Shown here piece by piece: positions 11,148 through 23,840 of a stretch of 64,000 nucleotides of DNA (the first letter of the stretch is position 1; each line of letters begins with the position of its first letter). The notes beneath the pieces were generated by a model. The model made no database searches. It saw nothing but the letters and a program-made list of their open reading frames with translations, and was not told where the DNA came from. A program made the position numbers and the translations under genes. The stretch is from Podarcis muralis (taxonomy: Eukaryota). The DNA lies in NCBI RefSeq assembly GCF_964188315.1, contig NC_135667.1:11160001-11224000 (forward strand). Reading direction: 5' to 3'.

Positions 11148-11869
11148 GGCTACACATTTTCCGTCTCTGCAAACATCACTGCCTTGCTTTCAGACCTGAA
11201 AGTGATGCGCTCGCTCCAGATGTTGTGCATGACCTCATCATCCCAGGTCCACTGGTCGGGACTGATGGGAGTTGGGAGTCCACCACCTCCTTGGCTGCTT
11301 ACCCGCTCTGAGACCCCACAGCTAATTCTCCCCAGGCCTCCTCACTGGCCAAAGTAGGACTAATTCAGCCAGCTAGCCCTGGTGACTATCTAATGCTTAT
11401 TGGATGGATTTCCCCCAAATCGATTTTTGAACTTTGAATTTTATTGTCATTCAAGCTTTTATACTGTATTTTATGCTGCTTCTATGTTGTATTACAATTA
11501 AGTGTTTTGTATTTGTTGTTAGCCGCCCTGAGCCCTGTTTTCTGAACCGGCAAGGACGTGGTATAAATAAAAAAATATTATTTATTATCATTATTATAGT
11601 CCCTCCCGCTTCTCCCAGAAAGCGAAGAGAAAGGCCAGCAATTGTGCAAAGCGCTGGCGCGCAGCCTGCAATTCCCGGGTCGATCCTCTTTTTTTCCTAT
11701 TTGCCAATATGCCTCTCTCCCTCCTCGTGTGCATATATGTATGACACCCCCCCCCCCATTTTTGCAAAAAAACAAAACCCCACTGCAACCTCTGCCTCAT
11801 TCCGGCGTGGAAACACTCGATTCCTGGAAAGGTCATTCTGCTACCGATCCTTGACAACCCCCCACCCCA

Positions 11870-12700
11870 CCCCGATCTCGTCTCATACCTGGATCGACGG
11901 CCTCTTGATCTTCCTCGCTGGTCGCGGCTGCGCCCATCAGCAGAGTGGCTAGGATCGCGGCGGCGGCGGCGCTTAGAAAGACGCATCTCTGCCGCTTCAT
12001 GGTGGAGGCGACCCGGGAACCGAGACGAGAGACTGCGGGGCCCGCTCGGGCTGCTGCTTTTTCAGCTCTCGCGATCGGCGGGGCCGGACCGACGTCAGGC
12101 TCCTCCCCGCAGCAGCCCCGCAGCTGGGAAAAAGAAGGGGGAGGAGGAAGGGGAGATCGGAAACCCTCTTCCCATTTCTACCCCCTCCACTTTCCTTGGG
12201 CGGAACGAGGCGGCGGGACCCCGATATTCCCGCTGCGCCCACCCACAAAACCAGGAAAAAAATCAGTATATAGCCCCGCGAGAACCTTCGCGTCTCTTTC
12301 CTGGTCATTTTCATCAATGGGAGCCCATGGGAAAAAAAGAGAGAGGCCGCCATCCAATCGCGCGGCAGCTCGGGTAAGGGGCGGCCAATCGGGACGCGGG
12401 AGCTCCCCCCTCTGCGGGCCAATCAGGAGTCTGGAAAGTTCGGGACGGCGAGAGAAAGTAGTAGAAAATCTGGTCGTGAAAAGTCTTTGGAAAGGGGAGG
12501 AAGGAGGGGGAGACCTGCGCTTCCTCCAATGCCACGTTGCCAAGAAAATAAACCTGCGCGCGGGGTGGGTGGGAGATGGGGGGGGGGGGTCCAGGGAGGA
12601 AGGGTGGGCTGCCCAGAGCAGGGGGTGCTGTTGATTTTAAAGATATTAAAGCCCTCGCCCCATGCACACTTCGCGCGCTTCAAAATGATGGGAGCCCAGA
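11870..12700 (-). promoter_or_regulatory. CpG-island promoter of the minus-strand gene, with three phased CCAAT boxes
   Basis: GC/CpG-rich; CCAAT at 12354, 12385 and 12419; GGGGCGG GC box near 12378; CCAATGCCACGT at 12526. Confidence 0.65.
11889..12000 (-). CDS. PLOD3: First coding exon (signal peptide) of a secretory-pathway gene, probably procollagen lysyl hydroxylase 3
   Basis: Kozak CCACCATG; MKRQRCVFLSAAAAAILATLLMGAAATSEEDQEAVDP followed by G|GTATGA (112 nt, phase 1). Human PLOD3 exon 1 similarly ends ..DPVNP in phase 1 and lies head-to-head with ZNHIT1. No exon 2 was found in the window, so the symbol rests on synteny and exon shape. Confidence 0.6.
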
Positions 12701-13368
12701 TGGTTCCACGGCAGCCTTAGCCACTTTCATACACCTGCTGAAAGCCAGGGTTATGCAGGCAGTTAATGATACATCTTTCTGCAAATGTAATTGATGTCAC
12801 ACACACACAGGTTTTTAAAAGTTTTTTTTTAAAGAGTGAGATAGTGGTCTATAAATATTTTTATAACTGAATACATATCGCGTGTCTGTTTAGCACTAGA
12901 ATTCGAAACATTAATTTCACATGCCTTGTATTGCTTTCCCTGCCTTCTCAAAACTTCATTTTGCTCAGGCCAGCAGCAGCCTACTCAGGCGTGTGATTTT
13001 GTTTCTGTTAATTTGTTTTAAAACTGCCGATTTTTATCTATACTTTGACAAATGTTTCCTCTGCTTCGTATTCTAAGTTTGATTTTATCAGCAACAAAGG
13101 ACAGCGCCCAGCAATCTGGGCAAGGTCACCTAGTGAGCTTCGTGGCTGAGTGGGGACTTGAACCCTGGTCTGGCACTCTAACCACTGTACTGTACTGCCT
13201 TTGAAGACGTGGGCAGTGGGACACACGTAACTGTAAACAGCTCCGTGAATTCTTTCGTGCCTGACGTTCATTTGCCCTCTCAGGCTTCAACAGACAGGGA
13301 TAGCCCTAAGTGGATAACCTACAGCACTATCTGCGTGTCAACTTGGCGGCAGAGCAAGGAGTAAAAAG

Positions 13369-13440
13369 TGGAGATGCTGGGGATCGAACCCAGGACCTCA
13401 TACATGCAAAGCATGCGCTCTACCACTGAGCTACATCCCC
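13369..13440 (-). tRNA. tRNA-Ala (anticodon TGC), intact
   Basis: GGGGATGTAGCTCAGTGGTAGAGCGCATGCTTTGCATGTATGAGGTCCTGGGTTCGATCCCCAGCATCTCCA: 72 nt, all stems pair, G3:U70 alanine identity pair, intact A and B boxes, TTTTT terminator immediately downstream. Confidence 0.97.
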
Positions 13441-13749
13441 GGGCTGAAATAAGGTGTTTCGAAGCTCAGTACTGCCCTTCAACCTGCCAATTGTTATCTC
13501 CCAACTTTTTCTATCCCCCACTCCTACATTTCATTGTGCTTGTTGGAGGGTTTATTCCGCCTGCACTCTGCACATGTTCAGAAGAACGCTCCTGTTGAGG
13601 TTTCATTGTGCTCATCCTAGCCCTAAACATTGGAAGAGGAGGTGACATTCCTTTGCCTTGGGCTCCCTTTGCCTTCCCTCCCAATCGCCACCAGCCATAA
13701 ATCCCTGCCTCTCCCTTCTCACAAAAAAAAGCCATTGCAAAGGCTTTGC

Positions 13750-14091
13750 GACAGACACAGGCGGAGTTTAGTACCCCGCGACGTCGCTTCCCCGAGGAAT
13801 GTGAGCTGGGAGCACAGGCGGAAGCGCGATTTGCCCCTGGTAACATGGCGGCTTGCGAACGGTTCCACCGCCCGGGGAGATACAGCCTAAACTTCCGGTA
13901 TTAAAGCGAAAGCTCTTGCCTGAGTGGGATGCGGCCCCCGCTCTATCTTTTTCCCTCTCTCTATGGTTGAAAAGCCCTATCTATGCACGCTGCGTTAAGA
14001 GAACCAGCGTTGGGAAGCTAGCGCGGTTCGATACCGGAAGTGTCGGGAAGGAGTGTCTGCGGGAGGTTGTGCCTCTTTGCTTGCTCGCAGG
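13750..14091 (+). promoter_or_regulatory. ZNHIT1 CpG-island promoter / 5' region
   Basis: YY1-like AACATGGCGGC (13842), ETS sites ACTTCCGGT (13891) and ACCGGAAGT (14033); CpG-rich and TATA-less. Confidence 0.6.
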
Positions 14092-17000
14092 ATGGTGGAG
14101 AAGAAAATCTCAGGTACTTCGCAGTGGGAATGGGAGGGCGGCGGGGCTGCTGGGACCGAAGGGGGATCGGCGTTCTCCGATTTAAATAGCAATTGCCAAG
14201 GAAATAATGGGAAACAAGGAATGCATGTTTTGCATTGTGCTGTGCTGTGATCAGGAGCAGCCCTTTGCAAAACAAAGGATATTTTGGGAACCCCAAAGTA
14301 ATGTTACAATCCGGCTTCCCACCTGCAGAACTATTATCATCACCGTCGTTGGTGGAGGGTTTATTCCGCAGGGACTCTGCACATGTTCAGAAGAACGCTC
14401 TTGTTGAGGTTTCATTGTGTTCACCATAGCCCTAAACATATTTCTGCCCTTCGCTCTGAGGTCCCAGCGTGGGCTGCAGCCATTAAAACACAGTATTTGA
14501 AACAACTTGCAATCGCAAGGTGGGTCCTAGAAGTTTTTGATGTGACCCGGGCTTAATTTTGAACTAGTATTTAATGCGAAAACCTGCAACTTATGCTGAT
14601 GCCGGTTTAGCACCCGGTAATGAGAGAGAAAGGACCTTCGTGTGGAATTTGCGGCCTTCCAGATGTTGCAGGACTCCAGCTCCCACCATGCCTGACCATT
14701 GGTCATGCTGGCTGGGGGTGATGGGAGTTGGAGTCCAGCAGCATTTTGGGGGAGGGGGTTCCCAATTCCTGCTACAAACACAGTATCCCTTTCAGGGGTA
14801 GCCAATGGGGGTGCTCTTCAAAAGTTGCTGAACTCCCGCTCCCATCAGCCACAGCCAGCATGGTCAGGGGTCAGGCATGATGGAAGTACATGAGCTTACC
14901 CCATGGGAGGGTATCTGAGCTTGAACAGAGTGCCTTTTGACTTGCCACTGATGAATGTCAGCCTCTCTCAACAATCTGGAAATGAAGGGACAGTGTTTCC
15001 TATTCGGAAGAAGCTGGCATCAGGCTGCCTCTTAAAAACTGTAGGAGAGGATTTATTCTTTTTTAAAAAAAAACAACATACCGTTTTATTTTTCTAAACA
15101 AATAAACAAATCTTAGCCATCTTAAAACAAAAGAGCAGAACCTTTCAAAACACTGAATTAAAACATTACAGATGAAAATCCAGTCCAATAAAGATTCACA
15201 TTTAGGGCAGTATGCTTAAACAGAAAAACAAAATATTCTTGTGAACAACCAAAAAATTGCAGATAAAAATCAAATACAAAAATGCAATACAAATTCCTCC
15301 TATGCTCTGGCATAGCACCTACTTGCTCCTACCACAGGATGGTGCGTTAGTAGAACATAATCTTGAACTAAATGTATGTGGTAGTGCGGTCACCATGGGG
15401 CTAATGTGTCTGTTAGACCTCTAGGGTGCTTTGTGATGGTGGGGGACAATGAAGCAGTTCCTCCCCCACCCCAAATGAAAGATAATCTCCAGATTCCCAG
15501 CTTTCTTTTTCCAAAAAAAGAGTAAAAATTTCCAGCATTTGTAGAACGTCAGATACGAGGCCAGGTGTGCAGGCACTATTCTGCTCCTTTGTTTTGGAGA
15601 GAGACTAGTCTGCTCTCACCTTTCAGTGGTTTTAACCAATGAATGAAAGCACCAGGGCATAGACAACAGTAGTTAGGCTATCCCTGTCCATTTAGGGGGC
15701 ATAGCTGGGTCACCAGCTGAACCTGATGGAAGGCATTCCTTGCCACCAAGCTCTCCTGAGCACAAGGCCACCTGAGCTTCAGTGGAGGCAATTCAAATGT
15801 TCAGGGGCATTGCGGAAGGCCCAAGGGGTGTCTCCCCTGGCAGACTGTGGGTTGCTTGGATTGGATGGATTTGATATCCCGCTTTATCACTACCCTAAGG
15901 AGTCTCAAAGCGGCTAACATTCTTCTTTCCCTTCCTCCCCCACAACAAACACTCTGTGAGGTGAGTGGAGCTGAGAGACTTCAGAGAAGTGTGACTGGCC
16001 CAAGGTCACCCAGCAGCTGCATGTGGAGGAGTGGAGACGCGAACCCGGTTCACCAGATTACAAGACTACCTCTCTTAACCACTACTGGCATCAGACACAG
16101 CCCTCTCTCTTTTTCTCTCTCAGCACGGTCTCAGGACCCCAGCCAGAGGCGCATCTTAGACCGGGCCACCCGGCAGCGGCGCCTGAACCGCCAGTTGGAG
16201 GCGCTCGAGAATGACAACTTCCAGGATGACCCTCACGCCAACATGCCCCAGCTTGTGAAGCGCTTGCCCCAGTTTGACGACGACGCTGAAACAGGTGAGG
16301 CTTCGTTCGTTGGGTTGCATCTGTTGACTTCTGCCGTCTTCCTTTCCTCTTGGCGCTCACTCTGTTAACTTGCACCGCTTTGCTGCTGGAGGTGGGTCAC
16401 AAATTCATCTCTATTTTTGTAATATAATTTTTTATTGAATTTCCGGATTTTTACATATTCACTTCAAATCTAATAGTTACATTGTTTCATACGTTGTCTT
16501 CCCATCCCTACCTCTACAGTGTTTTCGTTCGAACTCTTTTCTACTGCATTATATAGCTCTTATCTGTTATATAAATCCCTCTAATACAATTACTTTATCA
16601 TTTTCCTTCCGCTGCTCCTATCTCAAATCCTGCCCATGATTTCATTTCACTATAGTACTTTTTCAATTAGTTTTTAAAAAAAGGGCCTCCATTCTTCTGT
16701 AAACAGTTCATCATTTCGATCTCTTAATCTTGCTGTCAGCTTTGCCTTTTTCACGTAGTCCATTACTTTTAAAAGCCATTCCTCCTTCGTGGGAAGGTCA
16801 CAGATTCACCTTTGAGGGTTGGCCAAGCTGGATGGAGTTGAGTAGAGATGATGTCAAGAAAACGGGAAATGGTGGGAGACAAAGGTGCAATCCTGCACTC
16901 GAGATCCACTAGCTGAGGGGCTTTAGGATTTGGCAGAAGCCCCACTGATATGGTTCCACCATGATGGATGTGTTAGCTCAGGGGTGGGAGGCCTGTAGCT

Positions 17001-20000
17001 CTTTAGAAATTGCAGGACTCCAAGTCCCATCATTCTTGACTGTTGGCCATGCTGGTTGGGGCTGATGGGATTTGGAGTCCAACAGCATCTCAAAAACAAC
17101 AACAACACAAAAAAACCCCAGGTATTCCTATCACTGCACTAATGGAACACGCCAGATATAGATATACGTATCACCGTTCCATCACACTGTACAAATAATA
17201 AATTTTAATATATATTTCTCAGTAAAATTTATTATAGACAGCAGCTAAATCTTTTTCAAAATGCTAATGTGGGCCATTTTGTTCACAATCCCTGAAAATA
17301 ATGGATTGTTATTGGCACTGGGAGTGTGGATAGTAACATTTATCCCCCTACGTTTTAATTATTTTATTTTATTGGATATAACAATGCAAATGTTTGAGAG
17401 ATGCAGAAACCAACAGGGGCTTGCCTGTTTGATGTCATATGGCCCTCAATTTGAGAAAGAAAGGGATGCAGAGCAGAGAAATGATTATTGAAGAGAGATC
17501 GTAACAACAGGATGAAGAATAAGAACATGGAAGCACGGCAGAGCGGTCAGCAACAAGGAATACTATCGACTCCAGATAAAATCATACTTTGCCTTCCCTG
17601 GGTTTTGTTTTTACAGGGAAGAAGAAGAAGAAAACGCGGGGGGACCATTTCAAGCTGCGTTTCCGCAAGAACTTCCAAGCCTTGCTGGAAGAACAGGTGC
17701 CTCTAGGCCCTCCCACTCCCCTTTGTGGGACGTGGGTGAGGCATGGATTTTCTTTAACAGTTGCTTCGCTTATGTACTCCTTCCTTATGGATTTAATAGT
17801 GCTGTTTAAATACAAATGTTTGAACAAATGCAGACATTCTAGCCAAGCCATTGCAAGCATAAAAGTGCTTTGTTAGTTTTGCGCGAAACATCTGCATGTC
17901 GTTGGATTTGCGGCCTGGAGCCTGTGCTGTGTGTGGAGATGATTTAGTCAGAAAGCTCACTGGCCATAACGCTGCAAATGATCCTTACAAGAGCGATCGG
18001 CTTGTAATAACTGTTGCGGATTGAATTGGGGGGGGGGGTCAGGTTTATTGCAGGGTTGAGATTCGAAGTGCAGACTTGCTAAGAGTTCCAGGCAAGCTCC
18101 AAACGTACCTGTTCATAGGCCGAGAGCAGGGGGCAATGAATGCGGGGCTCTCCAGAGTGTTTTGGACTACAAATCCCATCAGCCCCAGATGTTGTGAGCA
18201 GTGGTGAGGGATAATGGGAGCTGTAGTCCCAACAGAATCTGGACAGGAACCATTTTGGCTGCCACGGGCCTAGGGGGATGTAGCGAGGAGGGGACCACTC
18301 CTCTCAGAGATGGAAAGGATAACTGTCTATAGAACTAAGCGGAGGAATTAAGTTTTTGCTGTTAGCTTGGATTGGGCACCTTTCCACACACCCCAAATAA
18401 AAACTGAAAATATATCACCCCCCCAAAAAACCAGCCGCAAGCCAGTGAGGACTAAGCCAGCTCCATGGGCATAGACTGTTGACTGAGGGGGAAAGCGATT
18501 GCACAGGCAGAACCTTGAACAGTATCACTCTATACTGCAAGGAAGCATTTCCTGGGACAGGTGTGTCCCTTATTATGCAGGCCAGATCAATATCTGCCCT
18601 ACCCTTCACAGGCCAAATTGGACAGGGAGGCAGGGCTGCTCGCCAATCAATCACCTGGCACCTCAGTGTTGGTAGGCGATGAGCCTCTTTTCTGTAAGCT
18701 GTTAGGGCATTTGCTTCACGCTTCCTTCTCCAAGGAGCTCAAAGTGTCACACGCAGTTCCCCACCCCCTGTTTAATCCCGCGACAACCCTGTGAGGTAGG
18801 CTAGGCTGAGAGCAAGCTACTGGCCCAAGGTTGCCCAGTGAGCTCCATGGCTGAGTGGAGGATTTGAACCCAGGTCTTAGTCCAGCCCTTACGCCACACT
18901 GGCCGCACTTTGAAGCCGCACTCCCAGCGCTCCTTCAGAGAGCCCTCTTCCATGTGCATCAGATGGTTTGATTCTTCCCTATATAAAGCATGGCGTGAGG
19001 ATTGAGTTCATATCTTTTTCTCCCCTCTGGACTCCCCAACAGAACCTGAACGTGAGCGAAGGACCCAACTACCTGACAGCGTGTGCGCCCCCTTCCAACC
19101 TGCCCCAGCGCCACTTCTGCACCGTCTGTGGCTTCCCGTCAAACTACACATGTGTATCGTGCGGAACCCGGTACTGCTGCGTCAAGTGTCTGGGGACGCA
19201 CCAGGAAACTCGGTGAGACAGGCTTGCAAACAGCAGCTCGCCCTGGTTGCCACCAGCATGAGCTGCTGTTCCATTTCCTGACCCATAACCGCAACTACCA
19301 AGGGGATTTTAAAAGAATAATAACACAGAACTGTTAGGACAGCAAGTAGCTAATGCAGTGCCCTACGGGTGCTGTTGGCCTCTGACTCCCATCAGCCCCT
19401 GGCCAGTGGCAAAGGATGATGGGAGTTGTAGTCCAGCAACATCTGGTGTGCTGATTGGTTGTTTAGCAGTATTCGTAGCCTGCCATTTTCTCTCTACAGT
19501 ATTTAATAGAAAAGTAGAAATGTCATTGTGTAGTACTCAGAGCCTGAACTTTTCTCTCTGTACAATGAAAATGTAAGGATGTCGTCACTCATTCCCCATT
19601 GGAGGATTTACAGTGCCTACTCACAATCCTGGTTTTGCGTAGTGGGGCAGGGGAGCGCAAGTAAAGACGGGTTGCACAACTGCTGCGGCCATGACATGGG
19701 AGCAAGACAGGAGGAACATGGAGAGGGGAAAGTGATGGTTTAAACCAGGGGTCAGCAAACTTTTTCAGCAGGGGGCCGGTCCACTGTCCCTCAGACCTTG
19801 TGGGGGGCCGGACTATATTTTTTTGGGGGGAGGGGGAATGAACGAATTCCTATGCCCCACAAATAACCCAGAGATGCATTTTAAATAAAAGCACACATTC
19901 TACTCATGTAAAAACACGCTGATTCCCAGACCGTCCGCAGGCCGGATTAAGAAGGCGATTGGGCCAGATCTGGCCCTCGGGCCTTAGTTTGCCTACCCAT

Positions 20001-20407
20001 GGTTTAAACAGTGACAGAAGTTAATGGGGCAGGATGCAAAGTTGGTGAGCAGGTGCAGAGCCCCTACTTCAGGCATAGGCAAACTCGGCCCTCCAGATGT
20101 TTTGGGACTACAACTCCCATCATCCCTAGCTAACAGGACCAGTGGTCAGGGATGATGGGTGTTGTAGTCCCAAAACATCTGGCGGGCCGAGTTTGCCTAT
20201 GCTTGCAGTTGTTGTGTGTGTTTTTTAAAGAATTAAGTGGGTTTTATACAGCTTTTCAGCTGACTCCCACAAAGAGATTCATAAAAGACCATTATAGCAA
20301 TAAACAGGCGTTAAAGAGAGCTGAAAATGCCTTGTTAGGCTTTCTTCTGAAACTCCTGCTCTCTCTCGCTCTCTCTTACCTGAAGGTGTCTGAAGTGGAC
20401 TGTCTGA
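14092..20407 (+). CDS. ZNHIT1: Zinc finger HIT domain-containing protein 1 (SRCAP subunit); exons 14092-14113, 16124-16294, 17617-17696, 19043-19212, 20386-20407
   Basis: All introns are GT-AG and phases are consistent; 465 nt = 154 aa: MVEKKISARSQDPSQRRILDRATRQRRLNRQLEALENDNFQDDPH..KKKKKTRGDHFKLRFRKNFQALLEEQ..FCTVCGFPSNYTCVSCGTRYCCVKCLGTHQETRCLKWTV*. Confidence 0.98.
19746..20001 (+). mobile_element. hAT MITE (CAGGGGTCAGCAAACT family)
   Basis: Perfect 8-bp TSD GTTTAAAC; sister copies at 36519 and 51493. Confidence 0.85.
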
Positions 20408-21137
20408 GATGTGTTCTGAGGAACTGCCCTGTGCTGTCTGTGGAAGGAGCATTTGTGTGGCGTACCTGTTGCCTCTGGATGGGTTGGGCCTCAAGCTCTT
20501 CCTTGCTTCGAGGCTGAAGGACAGGAAACCAGGTTTCTCAGAGGCGGAGAGGAAGGCCGCTTGCCTTGCGCCATCATCTGCCACTAGCGTTTCGAGTAAT
20601 TAAAAAGTATCTGTGCTGTAGCCTTGGGGCTTGGATCTCTTCTTTTGAGTCTCCTGGGACTATTTGTCTTGCAGATTTATATATTTGTACTTGGAAAATT
20701 TCCAATCCGCTCTTTCACAAAACGCAACAAGGTGGCTCACAACATATGAAATGCTGGGAAATCGTTCTCAGTCTATGAAGCATATTTAAAAATCATCAAC
20801 AGACGTGCTGCAGCTTTGTCTGGTTCTGCTCGTCGCCATACAGCTGTTCACACATTACATTCAATGGGTGTACAGCCGGTGATTGCGACAGCGAACCTGA
20901 ATGTTGGAAAGATTCATGACAGACAAAAGAAAGTGCTTTTCCCACGCAGTTCATAATTAAACTACCACGAAAGCCCCTCCCCCAAGCAGTAGCAATGGCC
21001 ACAAATTTGGAAGGCTTTAAAAAAGGATTAGACAACTTCAATAAGGCGATCGGTGGCTACTAACCTCAATAGTTGTATTCTACCACCACTGCTGGAGGCA
21101 ATTCATTCATTTATTGAATTTATATACTGCTCTATAC

Positions 21138-21472
21138 CCAGGTGGCACTGTGGGTTAAACCACAGAGCCTAGGACTTCCCGATCAGAAGGTTCGAATCCC
21201 CGCGACGAGGTGAGCTCCTGTTTCTCGGTCCGTGCTCCTGCCAACCTAGCAGTTCGAAAGCACGTCAAAGTGCAAGTAGATAAATAGGTACTGTCCGGCG
21301 GGAAGGTAAACAGCGTTTCCATGCGCTGCTCTGGTTTCACCAGAAGCGGCTTAGTCATGCTGGCCACATGACCCGGAAGCTGTACGCCAGCTCCCTCGGC
21401 CAATAAAGTGAGATGAGTGCCGCAACCCCAGAGTCGGCCACGGCTGGACCTAATGGTCCGGGGTCCCTTTAC
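21138..21472 (+). mobile_element. Sauria SINE (subtype A)
   Basis: Head GGTGGCACTGTGGGTTAAACCACAGAGCC through the GGGTCCCTTTAC tail. Confidence 0.88.
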
Positions 21473-23084
21473 TATACCTAGAGGTCTCAGGGCAGTTCAC
21501 AAAAAAGATCACAATATATAAAATCAAAATAAAAACAATAATCCAATAAGCCCCCCCCCCAAGAGCCACATTTTAAAGGGTATAGGATGTTGATTATGTC
21601 AGCCGAAGGCCTGGGTAAAAAGGAACGTGTTTCCTGGCGTCTAAAGGTGTATAATGAAGGTGCCAGGCAAACTTCCCTGGGGAGAGCATTCCACAGATGG
21701 AGAACTACTGCAGAGAAGGCCCTGTTCTTGTGTTGCCACCCTCCAGACATCTCCAGGAGGAGGCACACGAATGAGGGCCTCAGAACATGATCTCAGGGTC
21801 CAGGTAGTTTCATATGGAAAGAGGTGGTCCTTGAGATATTGCAGTCCTGTGCCGTTTAAGGCTTTCTAGGTCAAAACCAGCACTTTGAATTGGGCCCGAA
21901 ACTAAACGGTAGCCAGTGTAGTCAGACCAATATTGGTGTAAAATGCTCAAACCGTCTTGCTCCGGTGAGCAACCTGGCCTCTGAATTCTGCACTGGCTGA
22001 AGTTTCCGAACTGTCTTCAGAGGCAGCCCTACGTATAACACATTGAAGTAATATAACCATGAAGTTACTAGAACATAGGTAGCAATAGTTAGGCTATCCC
22101 TGTCCAGATAGGGGCGTAGCTGGGCCACCAGCTGAAGCTGATGGAAGGCGCTCCAGGCCACTTTGGCCACCTGAGCCTCGAGCGACAGCGAAGGATCCAG
22201 GAGTACCCCCAAGCTATGAACCTGCTATTTCAGGGGCAGCGTAACCCCATCCAGAGCAGGCAACCTCCCAACCATCTGGTCTAGGGAACCACCCACTAAC
22301 AGTGCCTCAGCCTTATCTGAATTGAGCTTCAGTCTGTTGGTTCTCATCCAGTCCATTACCAAGGCAAGACACTGGTCCAGCACTTCCACTGCCTCACCTG
22401 CAGATGTAAAGGAGAAATAAAGCTGAGTGTCATCAGCATACTGCTGACAACGTACGCCGAACCTCCGGATAACCTCTGCTCCCAGCGGTTTCATGTAGAT
22501 GTTAAACAACATAGGGGATAGAATTGAGCCCTGCGGAACCCCACATTGGAGGTTCCACGGGGCTGAATAGCATTCCCCAAGCAACACCCTCTGGGATCAA
22601 CCATCCAAGTAGGACTGGAACCACCCCAAAGCAGTGTCACCCACCCCTAGTTCGGAGAATCGGTCCAGAGGGATACCATGGCTGATGGTATCGAAAGCCG
22701 CTGAGAGGTCGAGGAGAATTAACAGGGACATGTTTTCCTTCTCTCTCGACGTAGGTCATCATACAGGGCGACCAAAGCAGTTTCTGTGCCGAAACCCCGG
22801 TTGAAATGGATCCAGAAAATCAGTTTCTTCCAAAAGCGCTTGGATCTGGCCTCGACCACTCGCTCCAGATCCTTGCCCATGAAAGGGAGATTAGCAACTG
22901 GCCGGTAGTTTGTTAGGTTTTCTGAATCCAGCGAAGGTTTCTTAAGGAGTGGTTTTACCACTGCCTCCTTCAAACAGGCAGGGACCCCCTCCTCTCCTAA
23001 AGAGGCATTGATTGCCTCCCTGGCCAAGCCAACGGTTGCCTCCCGGCTGTTTTTTAATCAGCCAAGAGGGGCAAGGGTCTAGAG

Positions 23085-23840
23085 CAGGCATCCCCAAACT
23101 CGGCCTCCAGATGTTTTGGGACTACAACTCCCATCATCCCTAGCTAACAGGATGTGATGGCCTGGGATTCCGATTCTGAGAGTGAACCGGAGGAATCCCA
23201 GCCGGCACAGGAGTCCCCGCCTCCAGGGCCGGCTGAACTGGGGCAAGGCCTAGATTCTGAGGAGCCTGCACCTGTGCCAGATCCTCAGGAGCAGGCACCA
23301 GGTGAAACCATTCTGGCCCCAGAGGTGCTTGAGGACTCAGTGGCTACAGGTGAGCCTCCCCCAGGGCCCAGTAACCCTTCAGCCTCTCCTGAACTGCAGA
23401 GGCTTAGGGCAGAGAGGCGAAGGGAACTGGTTTCTCCCAGGAGGAGTGCTCGCCTTAAGGCCAGGAGAGGCGGGGCTCCTGGGGGCCGGGACCGCCCCTG
23501 GCCTTAGAGAAGATAAAGGCCAGTCAACCCGGTCCCAGGTTGCGGGAGCAACGTCGTTATTGAAGAGCTGTTTCGGCCAGCATCCAGTCCTGTTCCTCCA
23601 GTGTTTCTGTTTCCCGCCCGGCTTCCTGCTTCTGATCTTCGAGTGTTCCTGTCTCCGCCCGGCTCCCTGTTTCGGACCTCGCCTCGCACCTTGTGGACTA
23701 TTACCAGGCTAGTGACTCAGGACTGAACTTTGACTACGATATAACCTTCCCCCCGGGACCAGCACACAGGACCAGTGGTCAGGGATGATGGGAATTGTAG
23801 TCCCAAAAAGCATCTGGAGGGCCGAGTTTGGGGGTGCCTT
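23085..23840. mobile_element. hAT MITE inserted in the LINE and itself split by a solo LTR
   Basis: Perfect TSD GTCTAGAG at 23077-23084 and 23841-23848; the halves 23085-23152 and 23767-23840 rejoin into the ~135-bp MITE. Confidence 0.88.
23153..23766 (+). mobile_element. Solo LTR (614 bp)
   Basis: TG..CA termini (TGTGATGG..CCAGCACA) with perfect 5-bp TSD CAGGA on both sides. Confidence 0.8.

Noticed and set aside
11434-12794. Many overlapping long ORFs, e.g. 11945-12634 (229 aa)
   Set aside because: Expected by-product of a GC-rich CpG island; no recognisable domain.
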